From assembly GCA_944387385.1 (NCBI GenBank), contig CALXES010000001.1:7713-71712 (forward strand): 64,000 bases of DNA, in the 5' to 3' direction. The stretch is from an uncultured Clostridia bacterium. GTDB taxonomy: Bacteria; Bacillota; Clostridia; TANB77; CAG-465. Below the pieces are notes generated by a model. It was not told where the DNA came from and did not search any database. It saw only the letters and a list, made by a program, of their open reading frames with translations. Both the position numbers and the translations under genes were made by a program. Of the stretch, positions 1 to 8,722 are shown piece by piece. The stretch's first letter is position 1; each line of letters starts with the position of its first letter.

Positions 1-1110
1 AATGTAAATGGTAATAAAAAAAGAATTGGAATAACAAGAATACATATAGAAGAAGATGCAGGAAAACTAATTCATGATGCGTATACAGGAGATACATTGG
101 TAGATATGAATAGGTGTGCTGTTCCGCTTATTGAGATTGTTTCTGAGCCAGATATTAGAAGTGCAGATGAGGCAGTTGCATATATGCAGACATTAAAATC
201 TATACTTGAATATTTGGAAGTTTGTGATTGTAAGATGCAAGAAGGATCTTTAAGATGTGATGTTAACTTATCTGTAAGACCAGTTGGTCAAAAGGAATTT
301 GGAACAAGAACAGAAACTAAAAATTTAAACTCATTTAAAGCAATTCATAACTCAATTGAATTTGAAATACAAAGACAAATTGAAGTGCTAGAAAATGGTG
401 GAGTTGTTCATCAGGAAACAAGAAGGTTTGATGATGTAAAAGGTGTTGGATATGCAATGCGTTCAAAAGAGGATGCACAAGATTATAGATATTTTCCAGA
501 ACCAGATCTTGCACCAATTGTATTAAGTGATGAATATATTAATAACATAAAGGATAATTTACCAGAGATGCCTCACATAAAAAAAGAGAGATACATTAAC
601 GAATATGGTTTACCAGAGTATGATGCAGAGATACTTACATCATCTAAAAAAACAGCTAGCTTTTTTGAAAAGACAAATAGTATTTGTAATAATCCAAAAT
701 CAGTTTCAAACTGGTTAATGGGAGATTTTGCAAGACTATTAAACGAAAAAGAAATTGAAATAGATGAATCAAATGTTACAGAAGAAAACTTAGCATCATT
801 AATTATGCTTATAGATAAAGGAACAATTTCTTCAAAAATTGCAAAACAGATATTTGAAGAAATGTTTGAAACAGGAGAAAACGCAGAAGATATTGTAAAC
901 AAGAAGGGACTTGTTCAGATATCTGATGAAGGTGCAATAAAAGAGATTTGTCAAAGAATAGTTGATGCTAATCCACAATCTATTGCAGATTATAAAGCTG
1001 GTAAAGATAGAGCTATAGGATTTTTAGTAGGACAGATTATGAAAGAGACAAAAGGAAAAGCAAATCCTCAAATTGTTAACAAATTGTTACTTGAAATAAT
1101 AAATAAATAG
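1..1110 (+). CDS. gatB: Asp-tRNA(Asn)/Glu-tRNA(Gln) amidotransferase subunit B, 3' part (5' end lies outside the window)
   Basis: Frame 1 is open from nt 1 (NVNGNKKRIGITRIHIEEDAGKLIHD...) and runs into listed ORF 97..1110. It has RIHxEEDAGK, YFPEPDLxP and the GatB/YqeY-type C-terminal tail. Confidence 0.93.
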   Translation, partial: NVNGNKKRIGITRIHIEEDAGKLIHDAYTGDTLVDMNRCAVPLIEIVSEPDIRSADEAVAYMQTLKSILEYLEVCDCKMQEGSLRCDVNLSVRPVGQKEFGTRTETKNLNSFKAIHNSIEFEIQRQIEVLENGGVVHQETRRFDDVKGVGYAMRSKEDAQDYRYFPEPDLAPIVLSDEYINNIKDNLPEMPHIKKERYINEYGLPEYDAEILTSSKKTASFFEKTNSICNNPKSVSNWLMGDFARLLNEKEIEIDESNVTEENLASLIMLIDKGTISSKIAKQIFEEMFETGENAEDIVNKKGLVQISDEGAIKEICQRIVDANPQSIADYKAGKDRAIGFLVGQIMKETKGKANPQIVNKLLLEIINK

Positions 1111-1150
1111 TGTATAATATTAATATACATGTATTAAGGAGTTGATAGTG

Positions 1151-1642
1151 ATGAAAAAGACAAATATTATTCTGGGAATAGTTTTAGCTATATTTGTAAT
1201 AAGTGCAATTACAATACTTACAATAGCAATTATAAATAATACAGAAAAAGAAACTGTACCAGTTAATGTTGATTTTGAAGCACTTTCATCAAATATTGAG
1301 GAAATTACTAGTTTAGATAAGACTAAGATGAAGCTGATTACTAAAGATGATTTACAAGATGAATTTAATATTAATCCAGATTGGGTAAATCAAGTTATTG
1401 GTGTGAAGCCTTATGTAAATATTTCATCTAGCATGTATGTAATAGTAGAAGCAACTGAAGGAAACGTAGACAATGTTATTACAGCTTTTAAAGAATATGG
1501 AAATAAGTATGACGAAATGTGGAAAGATTATCTTACAGAAGAATATGAACTAGTAAAAAATAGGCAAATAGGTTCAAAAGGAAACTATGTATATTTTATT
1601 GTTAGTGATTATGCTAAAGATATTATAGATTTAATAAAATAA
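1151..1642 (+). CDS. membrane-anchored hypothetical protein (DUF4358-like)
   Basis: ORF 1142..1642. The ATG at 1151 sits 9 nt after AAGGAG (1136-1141). There is one N-terminal TM helix and no catalytic motif. Confidence 0.6.
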   Translation: MKKTNIILGIVLAIFVISAITILTIAIINNTEKETVPVNVDFEALSSNIEEITSLDKTKMKLITKDDLQDEFNINPDWVNQVIGVKPYVNISSSMYVIVEATEGNVDNVITAFKEYGNKYDEMWKDYLTEEYELVKNRQIGSKGNYVYFIVSDYAKDIIDLIK

Positions 1643-1650
1643 AAAATTAA

Positions 1651-1678
1651 GACGAAGAGTATTTCTCTTCGTTTTTTC
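1651..1678 (+). terminator. Rho-independent terminator
   Basis: Stem acgaagag/ctcttcgt with a 5-nt loop, followed by a T6 run. Confidence 0.8.
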
Positions 1679-1707
1679 TTGTTATTTCACTAATATTTTA
1701 GTATAAT
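1679..1707 (+). promoter_or_regulatory. sigma-A-like promoter for the desulfoferrodoxin gene
   Basis: TTGTTA (1679-1684), 17-nt spacer, TATAAT (1702-1707). Confidence 0.45.
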
Positions 1708-1726
1708 AAAAATGGAGGTAATAGAA

Positions 1727-2092
1727 ATGTCAAATGAATTAAAATTAAAAAAATGCACAATATGTGGAAAAGTGGTTAAAGTAGAAAATGATGAACCAGT
1801 TATGTGCTGTGGAAAAGAAATGGTAGATGTTGTTCCAAACAGTGTTGATTGTGCTGTAGAAAAACATAAACCAACTTATGAAAAAGTAGAAGATGAGATT
1901 TTTGCAAAGGTAAATCATGTTATGGAAAAAGATCACTATATTGAATGGATTAGTATGGTAGCAAATGGAGAAGAAACAAGAGTAGAGTTATATCCAGAGC
2001 AAGAAGCATCAGCTAGATTTCCATATGTAAAGGGTGCAAAATTATATGCTTATTGTAACAAACATGGATTATGGCAAACAGAAGTTGAATAA
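1727..2092 (+). CDS. dfx: desulfoferrodoxin (2Fe superoxide reductase)
   Basis: N-terminal desulforedoxin-type CxxC...CC. Centre II ligands are EKHKP, HxxxxxH(YIEW) and CNKHGLW. The ATG at 1727 is 8 nt after GGAGG, so the listed start 1712 is probably too early. Confidence 0.9.
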   Translation: MSNELKLKKCTICGKVVKVENDEPVMCCGKEMVDVVPNSVDCAVEKHKPTYEKVEDEIFAKVNHVMEKDHYIEWISMVANGEETRVELYPEQEASARFPYVKGAKLYAYCNKHGLWQTEVE

Positions 2093-2126
2093 AGTAGCAA
2101 ATTAGCTACTTTATTTATTTTTTTCT
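2091..2126 (+). terminator. Rho-independent terminator
   Basis: Stem aaagtagc/gctacttt with a 6-nt loop and a T-rich tail; it overlaps the dfx stop codon. Confidence 0.7.
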
Positions 2127-2169
2127 TGAATAAACGTTTGTTTTAAGATATAATTTAGTTGGTGATATA

Positions 2170-4227
2170 ATGGAAAATATCAGATTAGATAATAGTGTTC
2201 AGTATCTAAAAGGAGTAGGTCCAAAGATGTCTGAGCTTTTAAATAAACTAGGGATTTACACTATTAAAGATTTACTTGAATATTATCCTAGAGTATACGA
2301 AGATAGGACTAGACTAACGACAATAGATAATTTTGTTAAAGACCAAAATGTTCTGTTTTTAGGTACTTTGGTAAAGCCTGTAACAATGGTATATGCAAAA
2401 AAGAAAAAAATACTATCTACAGTAGTTACAGATAAAAGTGGTTCTGTTGCATTTTTGACTTGGTTTAATCAAGTGTATATAAAAGATAGATTAAAAGAGG
2501 GGCAGACATATCTTTTTTATGGAAAAGTAGGTGCTGTATCTGGAACAAGAGCAACACTTGATTCTTGTAGTATTTATAATATAGAGGATTTAGAAAAAAT
2601 ACAGGGAATTTATCCAATATATAGTCTTACTGCTGGAATAACTCAAAATTATTTATTTAAGCTTATTAACTCTTTGTTTGATTCAGGAGTGGTAATAGAT
2701 GAAATTTTTAGTGATGATTTTAGAAGAAAATATAATTTAGCAGAGGCAAATTATGCTTTAAGAAATATACATTTTCCAAAGAGCTATGATATGGTAAAGA
2801 CTGCTAGAAATAGAATAATTTTTGAAGAGCTTTTTTTATTTCAACTTGCATTAATGAATATTAAAGAAAAAGAAATAGGTACTAAGAAAACTAATTATTA
2901 TGAGGATTTAGATGAATCTGATTTTTTAGCATTAATACCATTTAAGCTTACCAATGCTCAGTCTAAAGTAATTGATCAAATTAAAAATGATATGAAATCA
3001 GATGTTGTTATGAACAGATTAATACAAGGAGATGTTGGGTCTGGAAAAACAATGGTTGCAGCTATTGCTATGTATTTAGCTGTAAAAAATGGTTATCAAG
3101 CAGCTCTTATGGCACCTACAACAATTCTTGCTAATCAGCATTATATTGAACTTTCAGAATATTTTGAAAAGCTAAACATAAGAGTAGAGATAATGACATC
3201 AAGTACAACAAAAAGACAAAAAGAAAAGATAATTGAGGCTTTAAAGAATAAAAAAATAGATATAATAATAGGGACTCATTCAATTTTAGAAGATAACGTA
3301 GAATTTTCAAATTTAGGACTTGTAGTAACTGATGAGCAACACAGATTTGGTGTTAAGCAGAGAATGAAATTATCAGCCAAAGGAAATATTGTAGACACAA
3401 TAGTTATGACAGCAACGCCTATTCCAAGATCACTTGCAATAATTTTATATGGAGATTTAGATTTATCTATTATAGATGAATTACCCCCTGGAAGAAAGCC
3501 AGTTGATACTTGTGTTGTAAATGATTCGTATAATCAAAGAGTATATAACTTTTTAAGAAAGCAAATAAATGAAGGAAGACAAGTATATGTAGTTTGTCCG
3601 CTTGTAGAAGAAAATGAAGACTTGGATTTAAATTCTGTTGAAAAACTTTATGAGGAATATAAAAAGGAATTTAAAGAATTTAATGTGGGAATACTACATG
3701 GAAAAATGAAAAATAAAGAAAAAGATCAGATAATGCAAGATTTTAAAGAAAATAATATTAATATTTTAATATCTACTACAGTAATTGAAGTTGGAATTAG
3801 TGTTCCAAATGCAACTGTGATGGTTATTGAAAATGCAGATAGATTTGGACTTGCAGCGCTTCATCAACTAAGAGGAAGAGTTGGAAGAGGAAGTGCAGCT
3901 TCATATTGCATTTTAAAAAGTAATAATAAATCAGTTATATCAAGACAAAGACTAGAGATTATGAGAAAGAGCAATGATGGATTTGAAATTGCCCAAAAGG
4001 ATTTAGAACTTAGAGGACCTGGAGATTTTTTTGGAGTTAGACAATCTGGAATGCCAGAGTTTAAACTTGCTAATTTACTTACTGATACAAGAGTATTAGA
4101 GCAAACTCAAGAAGCAGTAAAAGAGATTGTAAAAGAAGATAAAGCTCTAATGCTAGATAAAAATAGAAAAATAAAAGAAACTTTATATAAAAAATATGGA
4201 GAACAATTAAATAATATTGTTGGATAG
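2170..4227 (+). CDS. recG: ATP-dependent DNA helicase RecG
   Basis: 685 aa with a wedge-domain N-terminus, Walker A GDVGSGKT, DEQH box, and the QLRGRVGRG and TRG-type C-terminal motifs. Confidence 0.96.
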   Translation: MENIRLDNSVQYLKGVGPKMSELLNKLGIYTIKDLLEYYPRVYEDRTRLTTIDNFVKDQNVLFLGTLVKPVTMVYAKKKKILSTVVTDKSGSVAFLTWFNQVYIKDRLKEGQTYLFYGKVGAVSGTRATLDSCSIYNIEDLEKIQGIYPIYSLTAGITQNYLFKLINSLFDSGVVIDEIFSDDFRRKYNLAEANYALRNIHFPKSYDMVKTARNRIIFEELFLFQLALMNIKEKEIGTKKTNYYEDLDESDFLALIPFKLTNAQSKVIDQIKNDMKSDVVMNRLIQGDVGSGKTMVAAIAMYLAVKNGYQAALMAPTTILANQHYIELSEYFEKLNIRVEIMTSSTTKRQKEKIIEALKNKKIDIIIGTHSILEDNVEFSNLGLVVTDEQHRFGVKQRMKLSAKGNIVDTIVMTATPIPRSLAIILYGDLDLSIIDELPPGRKPVDTCVVNDSYNQRVYNFLRKQINEGRQVYVVCPLVEENEDLDLNSVEKLYEEYKKEFKEFNVGILHGKMKNKEKDQIMQDFKENNINILISTTVIEVGISVPNATVMVIENADRFGLAALHQLRGRVGRGSAASYCILKSNNKSVISRQRLEIMRKSNDGFEIAQKDLELRGPGDFFGVRQSGMPEFKLANLLTDTRVLEQTQEAVKEIVKEDKALMLDKNRKIKETLYKKYGEQLNNIVG

Positions 4228-4235
4228 GAGAAAAA

Positions 4236-5015
4236 ATGATTGATATAGATAAAGCTAAAGTAGAGTTTTTAAATTATGTTGAAAATTACAATAGTTCATC
4301 TGGAAGAATAAAATTAAAAATAAAACATATATTAAAAGTTGTAGAAAATTCTAAAATTATAGCAAAAGAATTAGGCCTTGATGAAGAAAAGATAAGACTT
4401 GCAGAACTTATTGGTATTTTTCACGATATTGGAAGATTTGAGCAAGTAAGACTATATAATACTTTTTCAGATAAAGATACAGGACTTGATCATGCACAAT
4501 ATAGCTTGAAAGTATTATATGAAGATGGATTAATTTCAAAGTTTATAGATACATCAGAGTATGATGATATAATAAAAAAAGCTGTATATAATCATAATAA
4601 AGCTAAAATAGAAGAGTCTATTACAGGAGATGCTTTATTATTTTGTAAAATAATTCGTGATGCAGATAAACTAGATATTTATAGAGTCATTAATGAAGAT
4701 AAGATGGAGGATATATTTTGGTATAAAGAATTTAAAAACTTAAAAATGTCAGATGGGCTTATGGACAAGTTTATAAATGATAGATTTATAAAATATAAAG
4801 ATGTAAAAAATAATGCAGATTTAATATATGTTTTTTATGGATATGTGTATGATTTTAATTTTTTAAGTTGTTATAAAATAATAAGGAAAGAAAAGTATTT
4901 AGATAATTTTTATATAAGAATTAAAGATACATTTGAAAGTAAAGAAATAACAAAAAATACGGAAAAAATACTTAAAATATGTAATAAATATATAGATGAA
5001 AGACTAAAAAAATAA
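4236..5015 (+). CDS. HD-domain metal-dependent phosphohydrolase
   Basis: IGIFHDIGR (HD motif) and RDADKLDI. It starts 8 nt after the recG stop. Confidence 0.75.
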   Translation: MIDIDKAKVEFLNYVENYNSSSGRIKLKIKHILKVVENSKIIAKELGLDEEKIRLAELIGIFHDIGRFEQVRLYNTFSDKDTGLDHAQYSLKVLYEDGLISKFIDTSEYDDIIKKAVYNHNKAKIEESITGDALLFCKIIRDADKLDIYRVINEDKMEDIFWYKEFKNLKMSDGLMDKFINDRFIKYKDVKNNADLIYVFYGYVYDFNFLSCYKIIRKEKYLDNFYIRIKDTFESKEITKNTEKILKICNKYIDERLKK

Positions 5016-5050
5016 AGCAGTGTAGATTTTTTCTACATTGCTTTATTTTT
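5015..5050. terminator. bidirectional Rho-independent terminator between convergent genes
   Basis: Stem gcagtgtag/ctacattgc (one G:U pair) flanked by A- and T-runs. Confidence 0.7.
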
Positions 5051-5654
5051 AGAATATATTCATAAAATTATCACTTAAAAGAGTACCAATCATAAATAAT
5101 AGGTAGCATAGTACAACTGTTATTAGCATAGATATAACACTTGTTATTATTGCACGAACAAATGTAAGCTTTTTTGGTCCTCTTTGAACTTCTGAAAGAG
5201 CATCATTTTTACTAGATGATAAATCTTTCTTAAATATTTTTTTATATAATTTTCTAAATATTTTTTTAAAAGAAAATCTTACAGTACCAGTTATTTTTTG
5301 ATAATTTATATTTACTGTATAATAAGTAAATGATTGAAGTAATGTACCTATTAAAAATGTAGATAGTAGACTTCTAAGGAGTACACCAGAGTATTGGGCA
5401 AGTACTTCTCTATCAAAGATCATTGCAAATAAAACATCAATGGCATCATTGTTTAAAGATGAATTAATTGAATTGTAACAACCAAATAAAAGTATTGTCC
5501 AAAGAGCAACTGTTAATGCTGCTGGTATAAATAATTTCTTAGAATCGTAGTTATAAAGTGTTGTAATCATAAGTGCTAGTTTCATTGCTGTATCCATTAT
5601 TACCACTAAAAGTAAAAATACTACTGTAACTAGCAAAACTGTAATCAGCCACAT
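5049..5654 (-). CDS. polytopic membrane protein, function unknown
   Basis: 201 aa with several hydrophobic helices; it lies 13 nt downstream of the GT4 gene on the same strand. Confidence 0.6.
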   Translation of the reverse strand: MWLITVLLVTVVFLLLVVIMDTAMKLALMITTLYNYDSKKLFIPAALTVALWTILLFGCYNSINSSLNNDAIDVLFAMIFDREVLAQYSGVLLRSLLSTFLIGTLLQSFTYYTVNINYQKITGTVRFSFKKIFRKLYKKIFKKDLSSSKNDALSEVQRGPKKLTFVRAIITSVISMLITVVLCYLLFMIGTLLSDNFMNIF

Positions 5655-5667
5655 AAAATATCACATC

Positions 5668-6948
5668 CTATTTTTTTATTTTTGTTAAAGTTTTTAGTTT
5701 TTCTCCTATTCGTTTATATATTGTTTTCTTTTGTATATTCTTTTCTTCTTTTGTTGCTAATTCTTTTTTTGCTTTGTGTAGCTTAATTATCTCTGAGTAA
5801 AGCATTTCAAGTTTATCTCCAAATACTTCTATAGAGTATTCTTTTGCTGTTTCATTTCCACCTTTTATCAGAGTTTCTTTTAATTTTTTATTTTCAATTA
5901 CATCTACAATTGCTTTTTTAAAATCTGAATTTTTCTTTACCAAAATTCCATTTTGATTATTGCGAATAAATTCTGAAAGATTAGGTGCATATTTTGCAAC
6001 TACAGGAATCTCTGCTGCCATTGCCTCTATAAATGTGAGACCTTGTGTCTCAGTAATAGAAGCGTTAACAAAAACATCTCCTAAATTATAGTATCTAGGA
6101 ACTTCATTCCATGGAACTTTTCCAGTAAAAATAACATTGTTTTCAATATTTAACTTTTTTGCTTGTTCTTCTAGACTTTTTTTAGATGGACCATCTCCAA
6201 CAATCAAGAATTTATAGTTAGGATGATCTTTAAATATAGAAGGCATTGCATCCATTAAAATATCTATACTTTTTTCACTTGCTACTCTTCCTAAGAAAAG
6301 TATAATTTTTTCGTCTTGTTTTATTCCTAAAGATTCTTTTAATTTATTTTTTTCTTCAAGTGTAAAATTGCTACTCTTAAAAGGTGCTATATCTATACCG
6401 GTAGGTATAATATATATAGGCTTATTTTTTACATTACATTTGTATTTTAAATATTTTGCTGTTTTATTTGAAGGAGTTATTACACATTCTGCTTTTCTTA
6501 CAAAAGCTCTTGAAAATGTGCGAGCTAGTCTTTTTAAACGTATATTTCTTCCTTTTATAGGAGATATATAGTGAACGTAATCTTCCCACATTGTGTGATA
6601 AGTATGAATAAAAGGTATATCATATTTTCTAGATATAATTTTTCCAAATGCTCCAACACTAAATTCTGTCTGAGTATGAACTATGTCAAGTCCTATTTCT
6701 TTTATTTGCTTTGCAATTTCTCTTGAATAGAATGTTGCGATTCTATTTTTATACTGTTTAGCAATAAGAAGAGGAATACTATTTAACATATATAGTGTTT
6801 GATTTTCATTTGGTTGAACTGATTTTGAGGTAGTAAAAATGTATACTTCATGTCCTCTTTTTTTTAGTTCCTGTTCTAACATATTAATTGATGTTACTAC
6901 ACCAGAGGTAACAGGGTTATATGTATCAGTAAAAATACCTATTTTCAT
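5668..6948 (-). CDS. family 4 glycosyltransferase (membrane glycolipid synthase-like)
   Basis: MKIGIFTDTYxPxxSGV N-terminus, and ETQGLTFIEAMA (GT4 EX7E region). The ATG at 6948 is 7 nt after AAGGAG, so the listed start 7017 looks like an upstream extension. The C-terminal tail is Lys-rich. Confidence 0.85.
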   Translation of the reverse strand: MKIGIFTDTYNPVTSGVVTSINMLEQELKKRGHEVYIFTTSKSVQPNENQTLYMLNSIPLLIAKQYKNRIATFYSREIAKQIKEIGLDIVHTQTEFSVGAFGKIISRKYDIPFIHTYHTMWEDYVHYISPIKGRNIRLKRLARTFSRAFVRKAECVITPSNKTAKYLKYKCNVKNKPIYIIPTGIDIAPFKSSNFTLEEKNKLKESLGIKQDEKIILFLGRVASEKSIDILMDAMPSIFKDHPNYKFLIVGDGPSKKSLEEQAKKLNIENNVIFTGKVPWNEVPRYYNLGDVFVNASITETQGLTFIEAMAAEIPVVAKYAPNLSEFIRNNQNGILVKKNSDFKKAIVDVIENKKLKETLIKGGNETAKEYSIEVFGDKLEMLYSEIIKLHKAKKELATKEEKNIQKKTIYKRIGEKLKTLTKIKK

Positions 6949-7123
6949 AATATTACAACTCCTTAAAAATGTATTATAAATAATGTTACATTTTATTGTT
7001 AAAAATAACACAAACATTATATATCAAATCAAGAAAAAAGTCAATTATGGTCGCTTTTTTATATAAAAAAGTGCTTTGCTGATAAAGTATATGAGATTAC
7101 ATAAATTATAATTACAAATATCA

Positions 7124-7153
7124 TTGACTAAAAATAAATTTATGTGCTATAAT
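7124..7153 (+). promoter_or_regulatory. sigma-A-like promoter for the sortase operon
   Basis: TTGACT (7124-7129), 18-nt spacer, TGc-TATAAT (extended -10, 7148-7153). Confidence 0.5.
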
Positions 7154-7202
7154 TAAAAAGTAGAATAATGTTTTTATTGTTGTATATAGGAGGATGGTAC
7201 TA

Positions 7203-7850
7203 ATGAAAAAATTAAGAAGTTTTAAGTTTAAAGCTAGAGCAAAAGAGTTAGTAATACTTGTGTTATTTATTGCTGTTACATCTTTTGCAATTATAGAGGT
7301 AAAAAACTTGTTAAATAAGGAAAACATTAAGTCTTTAACAGAACAAATTAATTTTTCTGGTTCTGGAGAAGATAATAATATATTAGCTACTCTTACAGGA
7401 GAAAATACACCTTTAAGAGTAACAGGAAATGCTATTGCAGTATTAGATATCCCATCTCAATCAATTAGGGGACAGATTGTTGAGGGAACAGATGATGAGA
7501 CATTAAAAAATTATATAGGAAAATTTGTTGGTAGTGCAGAGCCTGGTCAAATTGGAAACTTTAGTGTAGCAGCACACAATAATATTTATACAGAAATATT
7601 TAGAGATTTGCATAAAGTTCAGATAGGAGATAAAGTAAGAATTGTAACTAAGACACATGAATATATATACACAGTAACATCTACAGAGACAGTTGATCCT
7701 TCTAGAACAGATGTGTTAAAAGGCGGAACAAAAAGAGAAATAACAATGATTACATGTACTCAGGCAGCAACAAAAAGAATTGTAGTAAAAGGTGAACTTA
7801 CGTCTGAAAGAGAACTAGATGAAAAAGAGCAAGAGGAAGGTGTTATTTAA
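7203..7850 (+). CDS. sortase-family transpeptidase (class unresolved; D/E-like motif layout)
   Basis: N-terminal TM anchor, GNFSVAAHN (catalytic His), ITMITC (TLxTC-type Cys) and a downstream Arg (KRIVVKGEL). The ATG at 7203 is 9 nt after GGAGG. Confidence 0.85.
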   Translation: MKKLRSFKFKARAKELVILVLFIAVTSFAIIEVKNLLNKENIKSLTEQINFSGSGEDNNILATLTGENTPLRVTGNAIAVLDIPSQSIRGQIVEGTDDETLKNYIGKFVGSAEPGQIGNFSVAAHNNIYTEIFRDLHKVQIGDKVRIVTKTHEYIYTVTSTETVDPSRTDVLKGGTKREITMITCTQAATKRIVVKGELTSERELDEKEQEEGVI

Positions 7851-8398
7851 TGCCTAAGAAAATAAAGAAAGAAAATAATATAAAAAAAGATAAGGAAAGA
7901 TTTTTAAATCCAGATAATATACATTATATATTTATTGTAGTCGCAATTTTGGTAATATGTGTATGTGTTGGTGCCGGAATTTATGTATATAAAGAAGATA
8001 AATATCATTCTCATAAAGATAATGCTTTAGTACAATTTATTTATACTGAAGATACAGGAGAAGGTTACGATGTTTATTCAATTACAGAAACTGATACAAA
8101 ACAAATCTTCTTAGAATATAACACAATAGAAGTGCAGGATATAAAGGAAATATCTAGAGGAAAATATTTAGATTTTAATGAAGAAGTATATAATAGTGGT
8201 ATAATAGATCAAATGAATGATACAGAGTCTATTGTTACAGATATGAAATGGAATTTGTATATTAAATTTGCTGATGGAACAGAAAAGTATCTATATAGCT
8301 CACCTTTAGGAAAGCCAGAAGAAGAGATAAGTATAGATAAAACAGCACTTGCAGAGATAATAAACAAATATTTTGGACAGGAGATTATATATAAATAA
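7850..8398 (+). CDS. membrane-anchored hypothetical protein
   Basis: Its start overlaps the sortase stop (TAATG). It has a Lys-rich N-terminus, one TM helix and an extracytoplasmic domain with no motif I recognise. Confidence 0.55.
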   Translation: MPKKIKKENNIKKDKERFLNPDNIHYIFIVVAILVICVCVGAGIYVYKEDKYHSHKDNALVQFIYTEDTGEGYDVYSITETDTKQIFLEYNTIEVQDIKEISRGKYLDFNEEVYNSGIIDQMNDTESIVTDMKWNLYIKFADGTEKYLYSSPLGKPEEEISIDKTALAEIINKYFGQEIIYK

Positions 8399-8607
8399 TG
8401 AATTACTCAGTAATATTTTTTGCAGTGTTATCTATTATTTTAGTACTTTTATCTAAGTTTTATGGATTAAGTATTCTCTATCCAACACTATTAATTATAT
8501 TTACTATTATATTGGATTTAATTATAAATACAATTAATGCTAAAAGAGAAAAGAAGGAACATAATAGATTAGATGAGATAATTAAAAAAAATAAAAAAGG
8601 TTCTTAG
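8398..8607 (+). CDS. small two-TM membrane protein
   Basis: Its start overlaps the upstream stop (TAATG). It is 69 aa with two hydrophobic helices and a basic tail. Confidence 0.5.
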   Translation: MNYSVIFFAVLSIILVLLSKFYGLSILYPTLLIIFTIILDLIINTINAKREKKEHNRLDEIIKKNKKGS

Positions 8608-8652
8608 AAGATTATACTAAGGGCCTTTTATTTAGTATATGTGTTAAATTCT

Positions 8653-8681
8653 TTGACTTTTTACATAAAAAATGATAGAAT
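8653..8681 (+). promoter_or_regulatory. sigma-A-like promoter for der
   Basis: TTGACT (8653-8658), 17-nt spacer, TAGAAT (8676-8681). Confidence 0.45.
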
Positions 8682-8722
8682 ATATACGTTAAAATTAGTT
8701 AAAAGTAGAAGGGAGGCAAAAG

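Noticed and set aside
335-902. Antisense ORFs within gatB (335..517, 573..902), and similar antisense or alternative-frame ORFs elsewhere (1745..1936, 6368..6571, 9054..9254, 13268..13546, 13885..14085, 15200..15415, 15495..15725, 15826..16107, 16609..16857, 18364..18594, 20311..20502, 30929..31174, 31739..31933, 34321..34590, 35315..35644, 36337..36573, 37247..37441, 39053..39388, 39770..40114, 44191..44556, 46011..46253, 46404..46700, 48073..48288, 48652..48840, 49048..49257, 49816..50001, 50960..51160, 51427..51807, 52607..52928, 59116..59298, 59521..59970, 62254..62481, 63479..63673).
   Set aside because: Each overlaps a gene with clear family motifs on the other strand or frame. Their translations are low-complexity and typical of AT-rich DNA, and I saw no ribosome-binding sites.
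4236-5015. The HD-domain protein downstream of recG as the missing small alarmone hydrolase for the hydrolase-dead RSH.
   Set aside because: Its HD motif context (GIFHDIGRFEQ ... RDADKLD) is of the generic HD phosphohydrolase type. It does not resemble the RSH hydrolase signature (HDxxED), and it is 28 kb from relA.
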